Source: an uncultured virus (IMG/VR IMGVR_UViG_3300028586_000757) (Duplodnaviria > Heunggongvirae > Uroviricota > Caudoviricetes). Taken from it: DNA of 64,000 nt. Made by a program: the position numbers and the translations under genes. The notes below the pieces were generated by a model, which saw nothing but the letters and a program-made list of their open reading frames with translations, ran no database searches and was not told the origin of the DNA. Shown here piece by piece: positions 28,879 through 39,051 of the stretch. Location: the IMG/VR virus record IMGVR_UViG_3300028586_000757, one strand, 5' to 3'. Position 1 is the stretch's first letter; every line of letters starts with the position of its first letter.

Positions 28879-29418
28879 ATGGCACAAGTATCGTTTTCCC
28901 AGATTTTGCAGCTGCGTCGCAACGCCAAACGACTGGCGCAGTCCCAGAACCTGACACATTCCCAAGCGCTGGACCAGGTGGCCCGAGTTCGAGGCTACGG
29001 CAACTGGTCACAACTCATGAAGCACGCTGAGCAAGAAGCGCCAGCATTCGTCGATGCAGCGCCGGCGCCAGGGCTGACCTCTGCTGAGGTCCAACAAGTC
29101 TTGGGCATGCCGAAGTTGGTAGCCACACGCGACGAGCGCAAAATCATCATGGCCATCGCCAAACGATTTTCCAGCCTGGTTGGCGATGCCTTCGAGGTGA
29201 ACATGCTCAGTATTCTCATGGACATCGAGGCATGCCACTGCAACGGCTGCCCATTGGACCTGGTGGGGCTGTTGGAAGCGTCGCGAGATGAGGACCTGGC
29301 GCATGACGTGGGCGGGATTTCCCGCTACCTGAATCGCGACACTGGCAAGCTGGAGGGGTGGTTTACGCCCCGATACGCGAGCCAGCAGGGGCTTGCCGCC
29401 ACCGCCGGGAGCGCGTAA
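28879..29418 (+). CDS. PF20066-like N-terminal domain plus DUF6874-like C-terminal domain
   Basis: LRRNAKRL...LTHSQALDQVARVRGYGNWSQL; MDIEACHCNGCPLDL..LL...HDVGGI..Y.NRDTGKL...F.PRY. Confidence 0.75.
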   Translation: MAQVSFSQILQLRRNAKRLAQSQNLTHSQALDQVARVRGYGNWSQLMKHAEQEAPAFVDAAPAPGLTSAEVQQVLGMPKLVATRDERKIIMAIAKRFSSLVGDAFEVNMLSILMDIEACHCNGCPLDLVGLLEASRDEDLAHDVGGISRYLNRDTGKLEGWFTPRYASQQGLAATAGSA

Positions 29419-29498
29419 CGACTTGACGAGACACGGTCAGTCACATGCGGCTACGCTGTGGTTGGCCGCTTTTTCCACTTATGGAGCGAGTGCAATCA

Positions 29499-29684
29499 AT
29501 GGGAATGCCCATCTCTATGCAGGAGGCAGAAGCCTCAGTCGAACACATCAGCGCAAGCTGGAGCCAAGGGGAACTGCATCGGTCATTGGTGGAGGTGCTG
29601 CGACTAGTTCCTCCCCAGGAGCGTCAGAAGTGGATGCAGCGCCAGCTTGGCATGGATGTTACCATCATGCTGCCTCGTGAATAG
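29499..29684 (+). CDS. Small hypothetical protein
   Basis: Short ORF; start uncertain. Confidence 0.4.
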   Translation: MGMPISMQEAEASVEHISASWSQGELHRSLVEVLRLVPPQERQKWMQRQLGMDVTIMLPRE

Positions 29685-30184
29685 GATTTGAGGCTATGGC
29701 GCGCACACGCATGTCTTGTGTGTGGCGTGAGAACGCTTGGCCGGCGGTACCACCAATACTGCAGAGGGTGGGGTTCTTCCTGAGCCTCACGTTTGCGAAG
29801 CCCTAGTCGAGAGGGGCGTTGCGGAAATGGATTCGACAGGACGAATCGAAAGATTCGTTCTCGGATGGCCAGGCAGAGCAGAGCAATATCGCAGGAGGGG
29901 CGGCAATCAGGCAAAAGCAGTGCGATAAGCGCTGGTTTCTGAGCTCCTGGGCCAGTGGGAGTTTGCCGAATAGATTGGTCAACGTACCGCACCCTCATTG
30001 ACTGCGGGCTTGTTTTGTTCCTGGGAGGAGCTAGCCTCGCTTCTGGTTGGGCCTGGCGCCGACGTGCCAGGCCCTTTTCTTTTCCCGGACCGGTTTGGCG
30101 CGCTGTGCAATAAAAAACCGCAGCCGGGATGGCTGCGGTTCGGGAAATGATAAAAGACGCGCTATCAAAAGCTGCGTGTGACGA

Positions 30185-30463
30185 TTACGTTCTCAACACT
30201 TGTATGAGAAAAAGCATTTCGCCCGGGTCGTTCAGTGCAGCGAGCAGTTCCGGCGTGTAGCCGGACCCGTACACGCAGCCGCTCAGGTCCTGGACGATGC
30301 CGCCATAATCTTTGGTACGAATGGACAGGGCAATTCGGCGGTCGGCGCAGAGGGTGTCGCACTGCTCGGAGCTCATGCCGAAGCCTGCGAGCCAGAGGCG
30401 GAACCTCTGCTCGAACTTCGACATTTGCGGGGGTGCTGATTCGGTGGCGCTCAAGGTAGTCAT
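30185..30463 (-). CDS. Hypothetical protein
   Basis: AAGGA RBS; CTACAC-N5-AGGACAA upstream; terminator at ~30112-30140. Confidence 0.65.
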   Translation of the reverse strand: MTTLSATESAPPQMSKFEQRFRLWLAGFGMSSEQCDTLCADRRIALSIRTKDYGGIVQDLSGCVYGSGYTPELLAALNDPGEMLFLIQVLRT

Positions 30464-30621
30464 GGTGTGTCCTTCGGTGGTTGTCCTAAACTGTGTAGAA
30501 ATTTCGAGGGGATACCTACGAAGTTGAGCGGCGGGCCTGCGAAGTCGTTCTTCGGCTGCTAAAGCTGAGGGCTATACAGTGTTTGTTCACCTGTATGGTG
30601 CCGTATGCACCCACGTCGTTA

Positions 30622-31755
30622 ATGTCCCCAAAATCCCTTCCAGTCTCTCTCATGGCTGCCGTAGTAGGCTTGGCCATGTCCGCGGCCCATGCTGGCCCGA
30701 CCTATCGCTTCATGAAGAACGTGCAGACCCTCAAAATCGCTGACACGGCAACGCCGGCGTCACCGACACCAGAGGCGCTCACGCCTGCGAAAGGCGAATT
30801 GACGGCACCTGGCGGCGCGGACTTTGGTTACGTGAGCACGGGCACGTCTGGTACTCGTACGGCCGTTTTCCGAAACATTGGGCAGACGACGGCTACTGGC
30901 CTGCGAGCGGTGATGTCTGGCGCAGGGATGACTGTCAGCGACGAGTGTGGAACACCCGCCAAGCCAATCTCCCTTGCGGGAGGCGCGGCATGCACGGTCA
31001 CGATTACGTACGCACCTACTGCGGTGGGGCCTACCTCTGGTTCCCTGATGTTTACCAGCTCGGTGGAAAACAATCCTCTAACGCTCAATCCGGTACAAGG
31101 TCAAGCTGTTGCGCCATTTGAGACGGTGATGGATTTGCGCGGAGATAGCGCATCTGTCATTGATTCCACGGGCAACTCACTTGTTGTTCAGAGCGGTGTG
31201 ACGACGACCACTACTGCATACAAATCCGGTACTGGTGCGCTGTCGTTTAATAGCCGTGGCCTCAATGGCTATCTGAAAACGGCTGCGAATATGCGCTACA
31301 GCTTTGGTCAGGCCGACCTGACGATGGAAGCCTGGATTCGGCCGACGGTGATGTCTCCGAATGCCATTTTGAGCAATTACCCGAATGGCGCCTGGGGTTC
31401 TGGTGCCTGGACGCTAGACCACAACCATGGTGCGGCACTGCGTAAAGTGTCGTTCTTCAGCTTTGGCTACAGTGGCTCGCCCCTGCTTGTTTCGACCACT
31501 GAGCCCGCCCTGAATGCCTGGACTCACGTGGCTGTCACACGCGCTGGTAGCACCTGGCGCCTGTTTATCAACGGCAAGCTTGAATCGACGAACACGTATT
31601 CTGGTCCGCTGGACGGCACCTCGATAGCACGCGAAGTGGCAGTGGGCCTGATTGAGAACGGCGGGTGGGAGTGGGGATACACGGGGCAGATGGACAATGT
31701 CCGGATTACGCGTGGCCTGGCCCGGTACACCAGCAACTTCACGCCGAGCAACTAA
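30622..31755 (+). CDS. Secreted adhesin-like protein: ASH/choice-of-anchor-D Ig domain plus LamG-like jellyroll
   Basis: Signal peptide AHA; FG.V..G...FRNIG...CG...L.GG..C.V.I.Y.P; TMEAWIRP, WTHVAVTR, LFINGK, GQMDNVRIT. Confidence 0.85.
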   Translation: MSPKSLPVSLMAAVVGLAMSAAHAGPTYRFMKNVQTLKIADTATPASPTPEALTPAKGELTAPGGADFGYVSTGTSGTRTAVFRNIGQTTATGLRAVMSGAGMTVSDECGTPAKPISLAGGAACTVTITYAPTAVGPTSGSLMFTSSVENNPLTLNPVQGQAVAPFETVMDLRGDSASVIDSTGNSLVVQSGVTTTTTAYKSGTGALSFNSRGLNGYLKTAANMRYSFGQADLTMEAWIRPTVMSPNAILSNYPNGAWGSGAWTLDHNHGAALRKVSFFSFGYSGSPLLVSTTEPALNAWTHVAVTRAGSTWRLFINGKLESTNTYSGPLDGTSIAREVAVGLIENGGWEWGYTGQMDNVRITRGLARYTSNFTPSN

Positions 31756-31924
31756 GCTCGTCACCTCGAGTCTCAGCGCCCCGAACGACGGGGCGTTTTT
31801 CTTATGCGGTCCAGGGATGCCTCGTTCCTGTACCATGTGTTTGTGGCTACACAGGTGATTATCCCGGCGGGTTATCCGAGCCACGGGAACCACCTGGACA
31901 ATTCACAACTGCATTGAGGGCAAC

Positions 31925-32302
31925 ATGACAAATTTCGAGAACGAAAAGCTCGTTCGTATCGCGACCGCACTGGGCTACAAGGTGCAGGGCATTAGCCCCG
32001 CATACTATGGCACCGACTTCGGCCGACTGGAGCTGCTTGACGAGAAGACTGGCCACGAATTCCCCTGGAATCCCATTACGCACGCTGGCGACCGATACGC
32101 GCTCATCAAGAAGCTGGGCATGAAAGTCGACTTTTCCAAGGAACGCGGTGAGGCGCGCCTGCGCATCTCCAGCGCCATCGAGTGGAACATGAGTTTTCCG
32201 AAGGACGACGACGCGGCCGAAGCTGAAGCCATCCTTCGCCTGGCACACGACTGGGCTCAAGGGAAGCTGCACGGTGTCCTCCCCGAGGAAGCCGCGGCCT
32301 GA
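31925..32302 (+). CDS. Phage-type hypothetical protein (paralog A)
   Basis: IATALG...LELL.E.TG..F.WNPI.H.GDRY.LIK shared with next gene. Confidence 0.75.
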   Translation: MTNFENEKLVRIATALGYKVQGISPAYYGTDFGRLELLDEKTGHEFPWNPITHAGDRYALIKKLGMKVDFSKERGEARLRISSAIEWNMSFPKDDDAAEAEAILRLAHDWAQGKLHGVLPEEAAA

Positions 32303-32338
32303 CGGACTGCGAACGAAGTTGAAAGACCAAGGATAGAC

Positions 32339-32719
32339 ATGAACAAAGAACTGGACGAAAGCCTAATTACCATCGCCACTGCCTTGGGGTTCACGGTAGA
32401 GGCAAGCACGGTGCAAACCGAAGGAGTCGCTTTCGGGTGGCTGGAATTACTCAACGAGGCAACTGGTGAAAAGTTCCACTGGAACCCCATCGCACATCCT
32501 GGCGACCGGTACAAGCTTATCAAAGCAGTTGAAATGATGGTCAACTTCGCTGACAAGGGTGATTTCGCCACGGCAATTGTGCCGGTGCCAGGTGGAGAAG
32601 AGTGCGCCATGCTTCGATTCTCGAAGGTGGCCGGCGAGGATGTGGAAGCGCATGCGGTCGTCTCGCTCGCGCACCGATGGGCCAAAGCCAAGCTTGCCTT
32701 GGCCGAACCCGCGCTGTAA
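32339..32719 (+). CDS. Phage-type hypothetical protein (paralog B)
   Basis: Same motif; AAGGA RBS; terminator at ~32736-32762. Confidence 0.75.
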   Translation: MNKELDESLITIATALGFTVEASTVQTEGVAFGWLELLNEATGEKFHWNPIAHPGDRYKLIKAVEMMVNFADKGDFATAIVPVPGGEECAMLRFSKVAGEDVEAHAVVSLAHRWAKAKLALAEPAL

Positions 32720-32896
32720 CACGCATTGATTGCAGAACGCCCCGAGACCCGGGGCGTTTTTCTTTGTGCGAGCAGAATTGAAGGGCGCTAACCCGGCCAT
32801 TGCGCGGCTGCGTGACCAGGCACGGCCTGGTTTGGTGGGGGTATTCGTGCGCATGGCTCTCCCTATACCGTGCAGGCCCACTAAAATAGAGATGCT

Positions 32897-33142
32897 ATGA
32901 CACTACTGAACCCTTTGACTCAACCGAAACCCGAGCCGACGCCACCTGGCAACCACATCGCCGAGGCTGGCCACCACTGGCTCGACGAAATCGACTACGA
33001 TGGCCGTTCCAACGGACTTCGCGTGATGCAGTGGCAACCCAATGCAAAGCGCTGGTGCGCCAGTGGCGACATTGCTACCGGTCGCAACGTTGACACTGCC
33101 GGCTGGCTGTACCTCGCACATTGCCCGACGCCTGCACGATAA
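32897..33142 (+). CDS. Small hypothetical protein
   Basis: CTATAC-N5-AGGCCCA upstream. Confidence 0.6.
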   Translation: MTLLNPLTQPKPEPTPPGNHIAEAGHHWLDEIDYDGRSNGLRVMQWQPNAKRWCASGDIATGRNVDTAGWLYLAHCPTPAR

Positions 33143-33161
33143 CCTCGAGGAGAACCTGGAT

Positions 33162-33614
33162 ATGAAGCAGTTCACGACTGACCACAAATTCTCGGAACAG
33201 GTATCAAAGCACTTCGCGGAAATGGGGGTGTGGGACTTCGTTAACCCGATATCATCGCAGCCGTGGGGCGGACGAAACCGGATTATTGCTCGCATTCGCG
33301 TCTTCGAAAAGTACCTGGAGCCGGCCGATGTGCTGCAAGCACTCTGGATTCACCGCCAGGCCAAGCTGGGCCATCCGAACGACTGGCAGTTTTCGGAAAA
33401 AGGCCTTGAGCACCTGAACAGCCTGATGCTTGAACGCTCTGGCGGAAAGTTCTGGGATGAGATGGCCGACATCGCAAAAGGTCTGCCCTCTGTCATGGAT
33501 TACGCCAAAGAAGAATACGGGTACCCGTCTCCTGCGCAGTTTGTCCAGATGCGACGAGCAGCGATGCACGTTGTCCCGCCGACCCAGTCAGCACAAGGAA
33601 TGCATCCTAATTGA
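33162..33614 (+). CDS. Hypothetical protein
   Basis: GAGGAG RBS; terminator at ~33618-33647. Confidence 0.65.
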   Translation: MKQFTTDHKFSEQVSKHFAEMGVWDFVNPISSQPWGGRNRIIARIRVFEKYLEPADVLQALWIHRQAKLGHPNDWQFSEKGLEHLNSLMLERSGGKFWDEMADIAKGLPSVMDYAKEEYGYPSPAQFVQMRRAAMHVVPPTQSAQGMHPN

Positions 33615-33704
33615 TTCAAAAAGTCCGCCTCCCTGGTGGACTTTTTCAGTTGTCGAGCACGTTACTTACCTTTCACGCACCGGATTTAGGACTGAACACG
33701 AGCT

Positions 33705-33956
33705 ATGCCAAAAAAGCCAAAGACCAAGTTACCTTTCAAAGCGAAGACGATGGGGAGTGCGCAAAGAGGGATTGCGCTTGCGCGCGGCCGCAAAGACGCT
33801 CGAACTGCTGCAGCGAATACATCCCCTGTGACCGTCATCCGTCCGGATGAGCATGGCAACCTGGTGAAGGTCGAGACGGTAGCGCCGGCATCGTCGACAT
33901 CTACTCCAAAACCGAAGCGTCCAAAGATTCCGAAGGGCGACCGGTCGCTGCTTTGA
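33705..33956 (+). CDS. Small basic hypothetical protein
   Basis: Lys/Arg-rich 83-aa ORF; AGGA upstream; hairpin downstream. Confidence 0.55.
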   Translation: MPKKPKTKLPFKAKTMGSAQRGIALARGRKDARTAAANTSPVTVIRPDEHGNLVKVETVAPASSTSTPKPKRPKIPKGDRSLL

Positions 33957-34005
33957 GGTGCCAAACAAAAATCCCCGACCGAAGCCAGGGATTTTGAATT
34001 ATTGG

Positions 34006-34281
34006 TTAGATACTGCGCTGCTGGGAGGGCGGCTTGGTATCCCACATCATTGCGACCAGGAAGAATCCTAAAGACATGCCGAGAAGGTTCAAGACCGGCA
34101 CGAAACACATGATGCACAGTACCAGGGATTCTGGGCCCGTAGCAAACAGCGGCCAACGGTTGCCGTCGACTCGCACTTCCTGGTACCAGATGTACAGGAA
34201 TAGGGCCGTGCCGAATGCGGCGCCGATGTAGAAGTTCCAGCACAACAGGGTCCAGCAGATGTCGAGGATGGTTTGCAACAT
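34006..34281 (-). CDS. Small membrane protein
   Basis: TAGGA RBS; hydrophobic. Confidence 0.6.
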   Translation of the reverse strand: MLQTILDICWTLLCWNFYIGAAFGTALFLYIWYQEVRVDGNRWPLFATGPESLVLCIMCFVPVLNLLGMSLGFFLVAMMWDTKPPSQQRSI

Positions 34282-34575
34282 AATATGTCCTAAGAGTTAA
34301 TCTAGCATGTATAGCACCTAAAGCACGGCCGAGGGGTGGAATGGTTGGGTTCGTTGGCCTTGATGCAGCTTCGCAGGTCCTGGCCGCATGAAGCGATGGT
34401 CAGGCACCGGAGGACATTTGTCGAACCACTCACAGGAGAGACTCTTTTGTCGCCCCGGGTATCGGCCCCGAGGATGCTAAAATATTCAGCGATTGTCGTA
34501 AAAGCGCAAAAACACTCTTTAGAGTATTAAAATACCTGTATTCTGGGTCAAAAGAGTGATTTTGCTCGGTTAGAA

Positions 34576-34604
34576 TTGACGGCTGGTTCACATTTTAATA
34601 TAAT
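34576..34604 (+). promoter_or_regulatory. Sigma70-type promoter of clpX
   Basis: TTGACG-17-TATAAT. Confidence 0.7.
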
Positions 34605-34687
34605 GTTGGCTCTTTCTTTCCGCATTTTGGCTCCTGGACGCTCCAGAGAAGACAATTCGGACTTGGCATTTTTCGTAAAGATTATTC

Positions 34688-35908
34688 ATGACTCATGACC
34701 CGCGCACCTGTGCCTACTGTGGCAATATCGAAGCTGATGTTCAGCAGCTGATTCAGATGGCTGACAAGGCGAAATCGCTCATCTGCGATGTTTGCGTCGA
34801 CCAGCTTTCCGACTTCGTGCGCGAGTGCCGTGGTGAGGCACCGCTGACCCCGGCAGTGGCCGCGCCAGCGGGCAAGACGCCAAGTGCCATGGTTGCATTC
34901 CTCGACCAGTATGTCGTGGGCCAGTCCAAAGCCAAGCGTACGCTGGCCACCGCCGTGCACAACCACTACAAGCGCCTGCAGGCCGGTGAGCAAACTGGTG
35001 TTGAAATCGACAAGAGCAACATTTTGCTGCTGGGCCCAACCGGGACCGGTAAGACGCTGCTGGCCAAGACCATCGCGCGCACGCTGGACGTGCCGTTCAC
35101 GGTGGCTGATGCGACCAGCCTGACCCAAGCGGGCTATGTGGGCGACGACGTGGAGACCATTCTCCAGCGGCTCATTCAAGACGCCGGCGGCGACATCGAG
35201 AAAGCCCAACGCGGGATTGTCTTCATTGACGAAATCGACAAGATTGCCGCAGCCAAGTCCGGCCCGTCCATTACCCGCGACGTGAGCGGTGAGGGTGTCC
35301 AGCAGGCACTGCTGAAGATTATCGAAGGCGCACGCGTCTCCGTGCCGGTGTCGGGCAACCGCAAGACGCCCAACGGCCAGACTGACATGATTGACACGAA
35401 AGACATTTTGTTCATCTGCGCTGGCGCCTTCGTGGAGCTGCTCAAGAAGCTTAAAGCTCCTAAGGTGAACAAGGGCACCATCGGCTTCCTGGGCACGGCT
35501 GACGCGGTGGGCGAAGACAAATCGAAGGAAGTGACGCCGGAGCTGCTCTCGGACTATGGCATGCTGCCTGAGTTTGTCGGCCGCCTGCCCATTATCCAGG
35601 TTCTCGACGAGCTCGACGTCGATGCGCTTGAGCGCATCCTGGTTGAGCCGAAAAACGCGGTGGTTCGTCAGATGCAAGCGCTCCTGAAAATGGACCATGC
35701 TACGCTGGAATTCGAGCAAGGCGCCGTGCGCAACATCGCCGAGCAGGCGTACAAGCTCAAAACGGGTGCTCGTGGAGCGCGCAGTATTCTGGAGAAGCTT
35801 CTGGAGCCTGCCCAGTTTGAGGTGCCAGATACCCCGGGTGCGATGGTGACGGTCAAGGCTGACTTGACTGTCGACATTGAGATGCCAGCAATGAAAATGG
35901 CGGCGTAA
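34688..35908 (+). CDS. clpX: ATP-dependent Clp protease ATP-binding subunit ClpX (orphan, no clpP nearby)
   Basis: C4 zinc domain (CAYC...CDVC), GPTGTGKT, GYVG, DEIDK, RDVSGEGVQQALLK, IGF loop, TGARG. Confidence 0.95.
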   Translation: MTHDPRTCAYCGNIEADVQQLIQMADKAKSLICDVCVDQLSDFVRECRGEAPLTPAVAAPAGKTPSAMVAFLDQYVVGQSKAKRTLATAVHNHYKRLQAGEQTGVEIDKSNILLLGPTGTGKTLLAKTIARTLDVPFTVADATSLTQAGYVGDDVETILQRLIQDAGGDIEKAQRGIVFIDEIDKIAAAKSGPSITRDVSGEGVQQALLKIIEGARVSVPVSGNRKTPNGQTDMIDTKDILFICAGAFVELLKKLKAPKVNKGTIGFLGTADAVGEDKSKEVTPELLSDYGMLPEFVGRLPIIQVLDELDVDALERILVEPKNAVVRQMQALLKMDHATLEFEQGAVRNIAEQAYKLKTGARGARSILEKLLEPAQFEVPDTPGAMVTVKADLTVDIEMPAMKMAA

Positions 35909-36040
35909 TCTCCCGCACAGGTGACGGTTGTAACGTCACGAACAAGCTAACGCCCCAGTCATGGGGCGTTTTGCTTTGCTGGTCGGGCTTGCGGCGGACG
36001 CACGACCTATACTGGTTAGGTCAACTATTTGGAGCAAGTC

Positions 36041-36682
36041 ATGCGTCGAATTTACAGCGATACCACCGGTCCGCGCTTTGTGCTGTCGGAAGACGGCTTT
36101 TTTAAAGAACTGAGTACGGGCACGGACAGCTACGCCGAGCACAACTGCCCAGAGCACCATCTGGAGTTTCAACTGCTCTCGAGGATTCGTTACGAAGGCG
36201 AAAAGCCTACGGAGCGAGAAATCTTCGAGGGTCTGCGTATCGCTCACGGCGAGAAGGTTCAGTTTCGCGAGCTGGAAGCAGATGAACAGGGCCGGCCGCA
36301 GGCTGTGATGGGTTTCATCAAGAAGGAGGACCGCCCGGGTTTCATTTCCGCGGAGAGGTCAGTCGACGACGAACAAACCCAGAGAGAGCTTCTCTACGGC
36401 ATGTATGGTGACCAGGACATCGCTGCAGCGCTTGCGTATGGCAACTTTGCCATCAAGGTGCGTGGTGAGCAGCTGGTTCGCGCACTGAAGCACTTCTATG
36501 GCGCCATCCAGGCTGGCACCGTCTATCTGGCGTCGGGTTCCCGCTTGAAATCCAAGTATGGTCGGGAGCTCGGTCTGACGATGGTCGATATGGCCCTGCT
36601 GACCGACGAAGAGCGCCAGCTGATGCCTGGACACGTCGTCGAGACGGTCCGCAGAAGAAGGCTGATGCACTTGCCCAGCTGA
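36041..36682 (+). CDS. Hypothetical protein
   Basis: GGAG RBS; CTATAC-N5-AGGTCAA upstream; terminator. Confidence 0.7.
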   Translation: MRRIYSDTTGPRFVLSEDGFFKELSTGTDSYAEHNCPEHHLEFQLLSRIRYEGEKPTEREIFEGLRIAHGEKVQFRELEADEQGRPQAVMGFIKKEDRPGFISAERSVDDEQTQRELLYGMYGDQDIAAALAYGNFAIKVRGEQLVRALKHFYGAIQAGTVYLASGSRLKSKYGRELGLTMVDMALLTDEERQLMPGHVVETVRRRRLMHLPS

Positions 36683-36843
36683 GCGAGCACGCCATTACAT
36701 TTTCAAACAAACGCCCTGGTCATCTGGGGCGTTTTCTTTTGCGCGGTCGCGCGGGCCCGTGCTTCTAACCATATTTCGTGTCGTAGTGAACGAAGTGGCT
36801 CTTTGCTGTCCCATAAGGAGTATACAACCTTGAAAGGACAGTC

Positions 36844-37179
36844 ATGCAATTTTCAACTCTCAACGTAGGTGACCCGGTGGGCGTGCGCAGTATCAATCCA
36901 AGCGCGCGGCGCTATTACCAGTTTGAGCGGGCCCGGGTGCTCGAAGTCTCGGAAGACACCTTCAGGCTGGCACTTGGCTGGTTCCGAAAGTCCGACGGGT
37001 GCAGCGGCTTCAACCAGGTGGTATCTCTGGCCGAGTTGGAAGAGAACAATGCAGCGTACCACCTAGCATGCCGCGCACAGAGGTATCGTACCCGAGTCGA
37101 GGAGGGCGTGCGTCGGCTTGGCACCTCGCAGGCAGACGTGGAGAAGCTCGAGCAGCTGGCGGCTGTCCTGGCAGGTTGA
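36844..37179 (+). CDS. Hypothetical protein (small beta-barrel-like N-terminus)
   Basis: [18 protein letters not shown] start. Confidence 0.65.
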   Translation: MQFSTLNVGDPVGVRSINPSARRYYQFERARVLEVSEDTFRLALGWFRKSDGCSGFNQVVSLAELEENNAAYHLACRAQRYRTRVEEGVRRLGTSQADVEKLEQLAAVLAG

Positions 37180-37256
37180 GGATAGCGCCGCGGAGGTTTA
37201 GACTACGCGTACTCCGATTCTTGCTACACCAGTCATCAATCTTCCAAGGGCTTCCC

Positions 37257-37850
37257 ATGTCGTCTCCTGACTCCACAACCCAACCTGCCTCTGACGAACT
37301 GCTGCAGCATGCGCATCGTCTTCTGGCCAGCGGCTACTATGCCCACGACGAAATTTCACAGATTCTTTTCGATTGTGCCGAAGAAGAGGACTCGGACGAG
37401 AAATCCTTGCAAGGGCGTGTGGCCCTCGCCTTGCAGAAGGCGGTGGCGCTGTACCAAAAGGAGCAGGAGAGCTACCCGGCCGTGACCGATTACGACAAGC
37501 TGCGCCAGGCGTTCGGCCAGCTGGAGGCCGCGGGCTATCTGGTTCGCGAAAACTACACCTGCTGCCAAACCTGTGGCTGGAGCGAAGCGGACTCGGAGTT
37601 GGAGGAGGCTGCCAAAGCGGGCCGGCCCTTCAAGGGGGTCGTATTCTTCCATCAACAGGACACGGAAAGCGCCGTCGATGGAGGTGGGCTGTTCCTGGCG
37701 TATGGGGGCGAGCACGGTTCAGAGGCCGCTGGCCAACAAGTCGTTCAGGCGTTGGAAGCGGCCGGCCTGACACCGGTGTGGAACGGTAGTGCGAAGACGC
37801 GTATCTGCGTGCCGATGAACTGGCAGCGCCGGTTTGACCCTACGGCCTAA
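37257..37850 (+). CDS. DUF6891-like protein
   Basis: AF..LEAAG...RENYTCCQTCG...FFHQQD...LFLAYG...WNGS..TRI. Confidence 0.75.
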   Translation: MSSPDSTTQPASDELLQHAHRLLASGYYAHDEISQILFDCAEEEDSDEKSLQGRVALALQKAVALYQKEQESYPAVTDYDKLRQAFGQLEAAGYLVRENYTCCQTCGWSEADSELEEAAKAGRPFKGVVFFHQQDTESAVDGGGLFLAYGGEHGSEAAGQQVVQALEAAGLTPVWNGSAKTRICVPMNWQRRFDPTA

Positions 37851-37924
37851 TAGGCTAGCGCGTCGAGTACAGTTGAAAAAATGCCCCGTGTGACTGGGGC
37901 ATTTGTTTTTTGACCAGCAAGTAC

Positions 37925-38431
37925 TTACTTGGTTGGCTGGTCGGGAGGCAAGTCCTTCTTGCCTGGGGATTTAGTTGCCGAGCCGTCGGCTGGCCCAACA
38001 TAATCTGAGAAGGTAGGGTCGGCCGGCGGGGTGGATGCGGTCTTGTCATTGGTGGCCGAGCCCGGGCCCCAGTTGTCGGAGTTGGTGACAGCGCGGGCTA
38101 CGTCACTTTGCTTGGAGCTCATTCCGCGCATACTCATACTACCTTGCGGAAGATTCGGAAAGTAATCCACATGCGATGGTGCGTGCAGTGCCCATGCTTC
38201 GACCTCACGCAAGACACCGACCAGCCAGCCGGCCAGGCCAAAGCAGGCGCCGGCGAAGAGGGCGCACAGAAATAAGCCGTCCGGGCGGGCAAGCACCTGG
38301 TCCAGTTGCGAGGCGTGGGCCAGCAGCCCCGCCGGGTCAGTTGGGGTCCAGCTGTATTTTCCGGTGAGCAGGTAGTCACAGAATGTTCGGATGTAGGCCA
38401 GATAGAGGCCGACCGTCAGAATGAGGCGCAT
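37925..38431 (-). CDS. Membrane protein with low-complexity tail
   Basis: TAAGGAG RBS before ATG at 38431. Confidence 0.65.
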   Translation of the reverse strand: MRLILTVGLYLAYIRTFCDYLLTGKYSWTPTDPAGLLAHASQLDQVLARPDGLFLCALFAGACFGLAGWLVGVLREVEAWALHAPSHVDYFPNLPQGSMSMRGMSSKQSDVARAVTNSDNWGPGSATNDKTASTPPADPTFSDYVGPADGSATKSPGKKDLPPDQPTK

Positions 38432-38625
38432 GACGCTCCTTATGGTGAGTGGACCACGTATAGAGCGATAATTTATTGATAATCGCCAGCACCTGAGTGA
38501 GGCGGCCAACTTTGCAGCTAAGCCGGCAAAGTGTGAGAATGTAAGTGATTGTTATATAAGGTAAATTATTGACAATGAGTCGGAGGTTACTATAGTATTC
38601 AATGTATTGACCTAAGGGGGTTGAG

Positions 38626-39051
38626 ATGAAGCTCGAAGAACGTATGTTGCGGTCCGTGAAGCAGCGGGCGGGTAATGTCATCCTACGTGCCGAAGTGGCG
38701 CAGCTGGGAAGCCCTTCCCAAGTTTCAGAGGCATTGAAGTCGCTCCAGGCGAAAGGCGTGCTGGTGCGTATCGGAACAGGCGTGTATGCCAAAACCCGAC
38801 AGAGCTCGGTGACGGGTGCAACTGTCCCCGCCGGTAGCTTGGAGACCCTGGCAATCGAGACTTTAAAGAAATTGGGAGTCAAAGTGCTGGCAAGCAAGGC
38901 CGCCAAATCGTACAATTCTGGTAAGACAACCCAGATTCCTGGTGCGTTTGTCGCCAATACGGGTGGACGTCGCATTCGTAGGAAAATTGCGGTGGGAGGC
39001 CGTGCAGTTGTCTATGAGAACGATTTCGGAAAAACAACGGCAAGCGCTTGA
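38626..39051 (+). CDS. AbiEi-like (DUF6088-like) antitoxin / wHTH protein
   Basis: L..L..KGVLVRIGTGVY wHTH; TQIP; overlaps the downstream toxin; TTGACA-16-TATAGT at 38569-38596. Confidence 0.75.
   Translation: MKLEERMLRSVKQRAGNVILRAEVAQLGSPSQVSEALKSLQAKGVLVRIGTGVYAKTRQSSVTGATVPAGSLETLAIETLKKLGVKVLASKAAKSYNSGKTTQIPGAFVANTGGRRIRRKIAVGGRAVVYENDFGKTTASA

Noticed and set aside
29685..30110. Gene or ncRNA in this gap
   Set aside because: Only short conflicting ORFs without RBS and no recognisable RNA motif; left unassigned.
34682..35719. Long antisense ORFs (also 8165-9508, 41267-42265, 45547-46671, 54050-55249)
   Set aside because: Shadow frames of well-supported genes on the opposite strand in GC-rich DNA.
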